DNA of 24,000 bases. Source: Neoroseomonas terrae (GTDB taxonomy: Bacteria; Pseudomonadota; Alphaproteobacteria; Acetobacterales; Acetobacteraceae). Made by a program: the position numbers and the translations under genes. The number at the start of each line of letters is the position of its first letter. Within the stretch, counting starts at the first letter, position 1. Below, one piece after another: positions 17,428-24,000 of the stretch. The stretch is taken from the NCBI RefSeq assembly GCF_018129025.1, contig NZ_JAAEDI010000014.1:94521-118520 (forward strand), read 5' to 3'. Below the pieces are notes generated by a model. It did not search any database and was not told the origin of the DNA. It saw nothing but the letters and a program-made list of their open reading frames with translations.

Positions 17428-20208
17428 TCATTTGGTGGCCGGGAGGCCCAGCGCGTGAAGCATCTCGGCCAGCCGACGCGCGCCTGCGTCGACCGAGAAT
17501 TTTGCCTGCGCCTGCGCATGGCCGCCGGCGGAGAGTCTGGCCCACAGCGTCGGATCTTCGTGCAGGTCGCAGATCCGCGCGGCGAAGGATTCCGGCGTGT
17601 CCGCGATGGCAACGTCGCGGCCGTCCTGTAGGTGCATTCCCTCCGCCGCCATCGGCGTGGCCACGCAGGGGGTGCCGGCGGCGAGGCTTGATGCCACCTT
17701 GCCCTTGGCACCCGCGCCGTAACGCAGAGGTGCGACCGTCAGGCGCAGGCCGTCGAACCAGGGCTCGAGATCGGGCAGGGGGCCGAGATAGCGGACGCCG
17801 GGTGGCATCTGCGACCGTAGATCCTCCGGCAGGTCCGCCCCGACAATCGACATCGTCGCGTGCGGTAGACGCTGCGCCACGTGTGGCCAGATTTCGTCAA
17901 GCAGATACCGCACTGCATCGACGTTCGGCGTATGTTCGAAGCCACCGACGAAACCCAAGCCGCTGCGGCCTGCGAAGCCGGGGATGGCCGCCGCCGGGCG
18001 GACTGGGCGCGCGAGCGGCATTTCGAACACCGCCGAACCGGGCACGTCGCGCAACAGCACGGCGCGTTCGGCGGAGGAGACGACAATCGTCGCGTCGGCT
18101 TGGCGCGTCAGATAGTATTCTCGCTCCCGGGTCGTCTCCGAAAGGCGCATTTCCTCCAGGTTGCCGGTCAGCCGCGCTTCTCGGTCCTCTCGCATATGGT
18201 GCAGATCGACCGTGTTGAAGACGACCTTTGCGCGCGGCGCATGCCGGCGGACGGCTTCGAGATAGCGGCCACCGTGATAGACGCGCGAAAGGATGCACAG
18301 CGTCAGCGTCTCACCGTCGCTGCGAAGGAAGGCCTGGATCGAGGGTGTGAGTCGCGGCGTCAGGCAGATGATGCCTTCTGCTTCCAGGCTGTCGCGATAG
18401 GAAGACGACTCACGGAAAGAATGATCCCCCACGAACACGACCTCATAGCCGAATTCGCGCAGCGTGCGGGCCTGGAGCACGGCGTCGACCGATCCCGAAT
18501 CGCGATCCGGCCTGGGCCAGCGACTGTCGATGATAAGGGCACGCGGTTTGGCAGGGGGCGGCAGACAGGCCCGCCCGCCATCCTTGACGACAACCGGTTC
18601 CACGAAGGTAGGCCGCCAGCCTGTAGGTGCGACCGGCAGCAGTGGCGGCTTGTGACCTGACGAGGGGGAGAAGGCCTTGGTTTTGCCGGCGTTCGGCCGG
18701 ACCGCGGCACCCTGGCCGGTCGCGTGGTTGGCCGTTGCATCGCGGTACAGACGCAGGCGGTGCGGGAGTTGCAGGGAGATGGTCCACCAGAGCAGCTTGG
18801 CGCTGCGACCCACGGCGCGGCGCAGGCTGGTGGGCAGGCGCTGCCCGATGCGGCGGATCGGGTTGGTAGCGCGCCAGAGTGTGCTGTTCTCGATAGCCCG
18901 CAGGCGGTCCTGACTGGACTGAAGTTCCGACCGCGCACCACGTTCGGCGGCGGCGCGGGCCTCGGCCCGGGCGACGGCCGCGGTGATTTCCGCGCGCAGC
19001 GTCGCGGCCTCGGCCTGGGCCTGCGCGATGGCGGCCGCGTTTTCCGCATGCAGCGCCGCCGCCTTGTCATCGGCCTGCGCGATGGCGGCCGCGTTTTCCG
19101 CGTGCAGCGCCGCCGTCTTGCCATCGGCCTGCGCGATGGCGGCCGCGCTTTCCGAGCGCAGCGCCGCGGCCTCGGCCCTGGCCGCGCCATGGGCCTCCAT
19201 CTCGCGGCGCAATCGCTCCTCCAACCCGCTCACCCGCTGGTCGAGGCGCAGCGAGAGGTAGCGGCGGCAATCCGCCGCGCTCAGCGCGACCAGATTGAAG
19301 TAATCGGGACCGCCGGGTTCGGTGCCGTCATCGCCGGCGTGCAATTCGCGCCCGATCCCGCTCTCACCGAGATGGAAGAGGCGATAGCCCCACTCTCGCA
19401 GTTGGGTCAGCAGCGCCTCGGCGGTGGTGCCACTGACCCGGCTCAGCCAATGGGGGAAGACCTCGACCAGCAGGACCGGCCGATCGCGGGCAATCAGCGC
19501 CTGCGCGCCCCGCAGCACCAGCGGTTCGGCCCCTTCCACGTCGATCTTGATCAGCCGCACCGGACCCTCGATGCCAAGCGCATCCAGCGGTCGAACCGGC
19601 ACCCGACCCAGCGAAACCGCGCCCTCCGGCATGGCGCCGGGGACGAGGAAGCTGTGGCCGGGATTGCGTTCATCCGGCGCCCAGGCCAACTCGATCGCCC
19701 CTTCCTCGGCGCCAAGCGCGATCGCCTCGATGCGGCAGCGCTCGTCGAAGCCATTGTCGGCAACGGACTGACGCAAGCGGCGGGAAAGGTCCGCCCGTGG
19801 CTCGAAGGCATGAACCCGGCCCTGGGGCCCCACCGCCTGCGCCGCAAGGATCGAGAACCACCCGATATTCGCCCCGACATCGATGAAGCCGTCGCCGGGT
19901 TCGAGCACGGTCAGGATGAAATCCGTCTCGGCCGGTTCCCACGCCCCGCGCAGGCACCCCAGCGAGACACCGTGATCGGCGAGGTCAAGCCAGAGCTTCA
20001 GGCCGTCGCGGATCTCTGCGCAGACCCACTTGCTGCGCGCGAACACGTCCACGGCCATGCGTGCGCGAAACTCCTCGCTCTCCAGCAACCGCTGCCCCAG
20101 CGCAGTCGCCGACGCCGCTTCCCGCGCCGCCGCGACCGTCACCTCACTCTCCGGCTCCCGGCCAAGGATCGCTCCATATATCGCCACAACGTCTTCACGA
20201 GTGATCAT
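17428..20208 (-). CDS. Multidomain FkbM-family methyltransferase / Ala-rich coiled coil / GT-B (group-1, GT4-like) glycosyltransferase, 926 aa
   Basis: Track ORF 17428..20529 trimmed to ATG 20208 (MITREDVV...), preceded by AGGA. FkbM motifs are FIDVGANIGWFSILAA, VHAFEP and LIKIDVEGAEPLVL. The coiled coil carries 18-aa repeats. The GT-B part has LIIDSRWPRPDRDSGS and GAGAKGKVASSLAAGTPCVATPMAAEG. Confidence 0.85.
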   Translation of the reverse strand: MITREDVVAIYGAILGREPESEVTVAAAREAASATALGQRLLESEEFRARMAVDVFARSKWVCAEIRDGLKLWLDLADHGVSLGCLRGAWEPAETDFILTVLEPGDGFIDVGANIGWFSILAAQAVGPQGRVHAFEPRADLSRRLRQSVADNGFDERCRIEAIALGAEEGAIELAWAPDERNPGHSFLVPGAMPEGAVSLGRVPVRPLDALGIEGPVRLIKIDVEGAEPLVLRGAQALIARDRPVLLVEVFPHWLSRVSGTTAEALLTQLREWGYRLFHLGESGIGRELHAGDDGTEPGGPDYFNLVALSAADCRRYLSLRLDQRVSGLEERLRREMEAHGAARAEAAALRSESAAAIAQADGKTAALHAENAAAIAQADDKAAALHAENAAAIAQAQAEAATLRAEITAAVARAEARAAAERGARSELQSSQDRLRAIENSTLWRATNPIRRIGQRLPTSLRRAVGRSAKLLWWTISLQLPHRLRLYRDATANHATGQGAAVRPNAGKTKAFSPSSGHKPPLLPVAPTGWRPTFVEPVVVKDGGRACLPPPAKPRALIIDSRWPRPDRDSGSVDAVLQARTLREFGYEVVFVGDHSFRESSSYRDSLEAEGIICLTPRLTPSIQAFLRSDGETLTLCILSRVYHGGRYLEAVRRHAPRAKVVFNTVDLHHMREDREARLTGNLEEMRLSETTREREYYLTRQADATIVVSSAERAVLLRDVPGSAVFEMPLARPVRPAAAIPGFAGRSGLGFVGGFEHTPNVDAVRYLLDEIWPHVAQRLPHATMSIVGADLPEDLRSQMPPGVRYLGPLPDLEPWFDGLRLTVAPLRYGAGAKGKVASSLAAGTPCVATPMAAEGMHLQDGRDVAIADTPESFAARICDLHEDPTLWARLSAGGHAQAQAKFSVDAGARRLAEMLHALGLPATK
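18643..20208. repeat. Direct repeat copy A (1566 bp) = N-terminal cassette of gene 17428..20208
   Basis: Aligns with 22313-23878 at a constant +3670 offset. Line-by-line comparison found 8 mismatches, all at or below 18974, and no indels. Confidence 0.95.
19021..19176. repeat. In-frame 54-bp tandem repeat (2 near-identical units + 1 degenerate, with a further degenerate unit upstream) in the coiled-coil region of copy A
   Basis: Units at 19021-19074 and 19075-19128 differ at 3 of 54 positions, and 19129-19176 is degenerate. They encode AAAIAQADGKTAALHAEN / AAAIAQADDKAAALHAEN / AAAIAQAQAEAATLRAEI. Confidence 0.85.
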
Positions 20209-23200
20209 GCTGGGATCCTGAACTGTCCGCGTCGCTGGCGGGAGTTCCTGGTGTTGAAGCTCGAGCCATAGGGCCAGCGCCCGTGCCGGGGTGCAGCGGA
20301 GGTTGCAACGGCAGCGCGTTCGCGCTCTCCAGCGTCCTGGCCAGTTCGATGCAGCGCGCCGCCTCCGCCCGCTCCAGCCCGAAGACACCGGCCGCGTATT
20401 CGAGGAAGGCTCGCGCAGCCTGACGGCGTTCCGCATCGGGGCTGGAAACGCGCGCGGCCAGAGCCTGGACCTGGGCGATCTCCTCCAGATGACGGGTATG
20501 CCCCGAGGTGATCGTAAGGCCCCGCGCATGCCGCCGGTGATGGTTCAGCGCCGCCGCCTTGAAGGCAATGTCCCCGCGTTCCAGCATGCGGATATAGAAC
20601 AGCCAGTCCGCCGCGTTGCGCAGGGAGACCATGGCCTCGATGGTTTCGGACAGGACAGGTAGCGCGGCATCGCGCCGCATCACCACGGCGCTCACATTGA
20701 GAATAGTGTTCTTCACGCTGAGGCAGTGTCGGATCTCCTCGCTGCCCGGGCGCCGGTAGTCGGAGGTCCAGAGCGCAGGATCCACATCGCTCGTATAGGC
20801 GACATAGTCCGGCGCGATGACCGCGCCGTGCTCGTCGATCTGCTTCGACTGCGTATAGGCCATCACGACGGCTGGATTGGCGAATTCCGGAATGAGGGAA
20901 TTGAGAAAGGCCGGTTCCGAAAGATCGTCGGCCTCGGCAATCCAGACCAGCGGATACCGCGCCAATTCGACGCCCCGAGCCCATTGCCGAGACACGCTTC
21001 CAGAGTTCTGCGCATTCGGCACGATCCGCATCGGTACGGGCGACGACGCGCGCAAGGTCTCGAGAACAGCCAGGCTGTCGTCCGATGAGGCATCGTCAAG
21101 CACGATGAGTTCCGATACCTGATGGCTTTGCGCCCAGATGGAACGCACACGCTCCGGCAGGTATCTCGCATAGTTGTAGTTCGGAACGACGGCCGTCACG
21201 CGGTTGGGCGGCAGAGCCAGGGTGGCAAGGTCCCGCACATAGGCAGGAAAGCTCAGCCTGTCCGCGACGATCCGCTCGCCCGCCTGGCCTGCGTGCGCCC
21301 TGAGCACCGGATCGCGGATCAGCGCGCCGATCGCCTGGCCCATCGCTTCGGCATCTTCGAACGCCGGGGGGAGCAAGCCCGTCTCGCGGGCAAGCTCGGG
21401 CATCCCGCCGCTCCGATCGAAGCAGATGACAGGAAGCCCATGCGCGGCGGCTTCAAGCGCCGAGCTCGGAAAGGGATCCTCGCGCGAGGAAAGCAGGAAG
21501 ATGTCGGCGGCGGAGAGGAACTCCTGCGGCGTCTCCGTCTTCCCCGGCAACAGGATGACATCCTGGAGGTGTTGCGCCTCAATCGCGGCGCGCAGTCCGG
21601 CCTCCACTCCCGGTTCAATGGCACCGACCCAGGCGAAGCGCGCCGCATGCCCCTCTGCGCGCAGGGCCGACGCGATGGCTGGCCATAGGTCCAGGCCCTT
21701 GCGGCGATCCCCGAAGCCGAGGCCAAGGATCAGGATCGTGTCCGGCCCCACACCCAAAGCACTGCGAATGCGCACGCGCGCCGCCTCGCGCTGATCCGGA
21801 GGCAGCGACGGGCGGTATAGCCCCTGCGGCCGAACCAGCCATCGATGCCTCGTATCTCCGAATGTTCCGATGAAGGCAGCGCGCACCGCATCATTCGGAA
21901 AGACCACGACATCGGCTTCAGCTGCGACGGTTCTCGCAGCGGCCTCCAGCCCGTACTCGCGGATGATGCCAGGCATCTCATGGACTAGGCAGATGCTTCG
22001 CAGCCCTGCCGCGGCAAGGGCAGGGATGATCTGGCCGGAGACCGTCGTATTGCAGATGACGGTCGAGACCCCGCTACCGGCCAGGTCCCGGGCCGTGGCC
22101 TCCCAGGCCTGTCGGTCGGCGAAGGGAACGAGTCGGGTGTGCGCTACCGCCGCCATCGCGTCCCGGAGCTCGCCGCCATCGCCGAGAATGATCTCGACCT
22201 CACATTCGCCCTGTCGGACCACTTCCTCGGCGATGTGCAGCACCAGCAATGGAGCGCCGTGAAAGCGGGCGTCATGAGAGATGATGGCGATGCGCTGCTC
22301 CGCTCGAGTTGTTGGCGGCTTGTGCCCTGACGAGGGGGAGAAGGCGTCGGTTTTGCCGGCGTTCGGCTGGACCGCGGCACCCTGGCCGGTCGCGTGGTGG
22401 GCCGTTGCATCGCGGTACAGGCGCAGGCGGTGCGGGAGTTGCAGGGAGATGGTCCACCAGAGCAGCTTGGCGCTGCGACCCACGGCGCGGCGCAGGCTGG
22501 TGGGCAGGCGCTGCCCGATGCGGCGGATCGGGTTGGTAGCGCGCCAGAGTGTGCTGTTCTCGATAGCCCGCAGGCGGTCCTGACTGGACTGAAGTTCCGA
22601 CCGCGCGCCACGTTCGGCGGCGGCGCGGGCCTCGGCCCGGGCGCCGGCCGCGGTGATTTCCGCGCGCAGCGTCGCGGCCTCGGCCTGGGCCTGCGCGATG
22701 GCGGCCGCGTTTTCCGCATGCAGCGCCGCCGCCTTGTCATCGGCCTGCGCGATGGCGGCCGCGTTTTCCGCGTGCAGCGCCGCCGTCTTGCCATCGGCCT
22801 GCGCGATGGCGGCCGCGCTTTCCGAGCGCAGCGCCGCGGCCTCGGCCCTGGCCGCGCCATGGGCCTCCATCTCGCGGCGCAATCGCTCCTCCAACCCGCT
22901 CACCCGCTGGTCGAGGCGCAGCGAGAGGTAGCGGCGGCAATCCGCCGCGCTCAGCGCGACCAGATTGAAGTAATCGGGACCGCCGGGTTCGGTGCCGTCA
23001 TCGCCGGCGTGCAATTCGCGCCCGATCCCGCTCTCACCGAGATGGAAGAGGCGATAGCCCCACTCTCGCAGTTGGGTCAGCAGCGCCTCGGCGGTGGTGC
23101 CACTGACCCGGCTCAGCCAATGGGGGAAGACCTCGACCAGCAGGACCGGCCGATCGCGGGCAATCAGCGCCTGCGCGCCCCGCAGCACCAGCGGTTCGGC

Positions 23201-23878
23201 CCCTTCCACGTCGATCTTGATCAGCCGCACCGGACCCTCGATGCCAAGCGCATCCAGCGGTCGAACCGGCACCCGACCCAGCGAAACCGCGCCCTCCGGC
23301 ATGGCGCCGGGGACGAGGAAGCTGTGGCCGGGATTGCGTTCATCCGGCGCCCAGGCCAACTCGATCGCCCCTTCCTCGGCGCCAAGCGCGATCGCCTCGA
23401 TGCGGCAGCGCTCGTCGAAGCCATTGTCGGCAACGGACTGACGCAAGCGGCGGGAAAGGTCCGCCCGTGGCTCGAAGGCATGAACCCGGCCCTGGGGCCC
23501 CACCGCCTGCGCCGCAAGGATCGAGAACCACCCGATATTCGCCCCGACATCGATGAAGCCGTCGCCGGGTTCGAGCACGGTCAGGATGAAATCCGTCTCG
23601 GCCGGTTCCCACGCCCCGCGCAGGCACCCCAGCGAGACACCGTGATCGGCGAGGTCAAGCCAGAGCTTCAGGCCGTCGCGGATCTCTGCGCAGACCCACT
23701 TGCTGCGCGCGAACACGTCCACGGCCATGCGTGCGCGAAACTCCTCGCTCTCCAGCAACCGCTGCCCCAGCGCAGTCGCCGACGCCGCTTCCCGCGCCGC
23801 CGCGACCGTCACCTCACTCTCCGGCTCCCGGCCAAGGATCGCTCCATATATCGCCACAACGTCTTCACGAGTGATCAT
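20195..23878 (-). CDS. Multidomain FkbM-family methyltransferase / coiled coil / GT-B (GT4-like) / GT-A (GT2-like) glycosyltransferase, 1227 aa
   Basis: Track ORF 20195..23968 trimmed to ATG 23878, chosen by identity with the paralog's start. Upstream ATGs at 23968 and 23923 are possible but fall outside the duplicated cassette. The GT-B part (about nt 21200-22295) has ICLVHEMPG and FLLSSREDPFPSSALEAAAHGLPVICFD. The GT-A part (about nt 20500-21200) has VTAVVPNYNYARYL, ELIVLDDASSDDS and WIAEADD. Confidence 0.85.
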   Translation of the reverse strand: MITREDVVAIYGAILGREPESEVTVAAAREAASATALGQRLLESEEFRARMAVDVFARSKWVCAEIRDGLKLWLDLADHGVSLGCLRGAWEPAETDFILTVLEPGDGFIDVGANIGWFSILAAQAVGPQGRVHAFEPRADLSRRLRQSVADNGFDERCRIEAIALGAEEGAIELAWAPDERNPGHSFLVPGAMPEGAVSLGRVPVRPLDALGIEGPVRLIKIDVEGAEPLVLRGAQALIARDRPVLLVEVFPHWLSRVSGTTAEALLTQLREWGYRLFHLGESGIGRELHAGDDGTEPGGPDYFNLVALSAADCRRYLSLRLDQRVSGLEERLRREMEAHGAARAEAAALRSESAAAIAQADGKTAALHAENAAAIAQADDKAAALHAENAAAIAQAQAEAATLRAEITAAGARAEARAAAERGARSELQSSQDRLRAIENSTLWRATNPIRRIGQRLPTSLRRAVGRSAKLLWWTISLQLPHRLRLYRDATAHHATGQGAAVQPNAGKTDAFSPSSGHKPPTTRAEQRIAIISHDARFHGAPLLVLHIAEEVVRQGECEVEIILGDGGELRDAMAAVAHTRLVPFADRQAWEATARDLAGSGVSTVICNTTVSGQIIPALAAAGLRSICLVHEMPGIIREYGLEAAARTVAAEADVVVFPNDAVRAAFIGTFGDTRHRWLVRPQGLYRPSLPPDQREAARVRIRSALGVGPDTILILGLGFGDRRKGLDLWPAIASALRAEGHAARFAWVGAIEPGVEAGLRAAIEAQHLQDVILLPGKTETPQEFLSAADIFLLSSREDPFPSSALEAAAHGLPVICFDRSGGMPELARETGLLPPAFEDAEAMGQAIGALIRDPVLRAHAGQAGERIVADRLSFPAYVRDLATLALPPNRVTAVVPNYNYARYLPERVRSIWAQSHQVSELIVLDDASSDDSLAVLETLRASSPVPMRIVPNAQNSGSVSRQWARGVELARYPLVWIAEADDLSEPAFLNSLIPEFANPAVVMAYTQSKQIDEHGAVIAPDYVAYTSDVDPALWTSDYRRPGSEEIRHCLSVKNTILNVSAVVMRRDAALPVLSETIEAMVSLRNAADWLFYIRMLERGDIAFKAAALNHHRRHARGLTITSGHTRHLEEIAQVQALAARVSSPDAERRQAARAFLEYAAGVFGLERAEAARCIELARTLESANALPLQPPLHPGTGAGPMARASTPGTPASDADSSGSQHDHS
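22313..23878. repeat. Direct repeat copy B (1566 bp) = N-terminal cassette of gene 20195..23878
   Basis: Partner of 18643-20208. Identity stops exactly at the A of the ATG (23878 vs 20208) and, at the other end, just after the codons for ..SSGHKPP. Confidence 0.95.
22691..22846. repeat. Same 54-bp tandem repeat in copy B
   Basis: Identical to 19021-19176 at the +3670 offset. Confidence 0.85.
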
Positions 23879-24000
23879 ATCAACTTGCTTTCGCAATGAT
23901 GATCGATCAAGTCCTGCTTGCATTCTACCGCGTTCATGTCGGCTGCTTTCCCGACCATCCGGTTGCACGACGCTGCGCGCTGAGCTCTCGTTGGCGTGGG

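Noticed and set aside
19021-19176. The 54-bp tandem repeats (also at 22691-22846) as a possible CRISPR array or intergenic minisatellite.
   Set aside because: The units are contiguous with no spacers, are in frame inside a long ORF, and encode a sensible Ala-rich helical repeat. They are coding repeats.
18643-23878. The possibility that the 1566-bp duplication is purely an assembly artefact.
   Set aside because: It cannot be excluded from sequence alone. However, the copies differ at 8 positions and are joined to different, intact, in-frame downstream domains with a clean junction at both ends, which a collapsed or mis-joined repeat would rarely produce. It is kept as a finding with long-read confirmation requested.
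23922-23927. Minus-strand TAGAAT (-10-like) about 44 nt upstream of ATG 23878, as the promoter of the glycan operon.
   Set aside because: No acceptable -35 sits at 16-18 nt spacing (GAAAGC) and there is no extended -10 TG. The window ends 120 nt upstream, so the real promoter may lie outside it.

Overview
GC-rich, alphaproteobacterium-like window (taxon is inference) with three parts. (A) 1-11557, all minus strand: a tightly packed, partly translationally coupled uptake and catabolic array. In transcription order it encodes a family-5 solute-binding protein (SBP), a metal amidohydrolase, a class-III aminotransferase, a class-II aldolase and a creatininase-family protein. After the only sizeable gap come an NtaA/SnaA-type flavin monooxygenase, a second family-5 SBP, a DppB-like permease, a fused DppC-like permease/DppD-like ATPase, and the first codons of another gene. 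(B) 11558-12871: about 1.3 kb with lower GC and no convincing long gene. It ends in a hairpin that sequesters a perfect Shine-Dalgarno sequence in front of an untracked 41-codon ORF, which abuts the next gene. (C) 12872-24000: a surface-glycan modification and assembly island. It holds an AlgI-type MBOAT acyltransferase whose first ~130 nt are only ~25% G+C, an AlgJ/AlgX-like partner, and a convergent three-gene minus-strand operon of multidomain enzymes. Those three are a GT-A-like/Zn-ribbon/methyltransferase fusion, a 926-aa FkbM-methyltransferase/coiled-coil/GT-B protein, and a 1227-aa FkbM-methyltransferase/coiled-coil/GT-B/GT-A protein. The most striking signal is a 1566-bp direct repeat (period 3670 bp, 8 mismatches, 1234 bp identical). 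It gives both giant genes the same N-terminal cassette from the ATG to an interdomain linker, including in-frame 54-bp tandem repeats in the coiled coil. I propose, as inference, a self-contained glycan polymerase/terminator/length-ruler arrangement present in two recombining versions. No rRNA, tRNA, CRISPR array, intact mobile element or recognisable defence system was seen.
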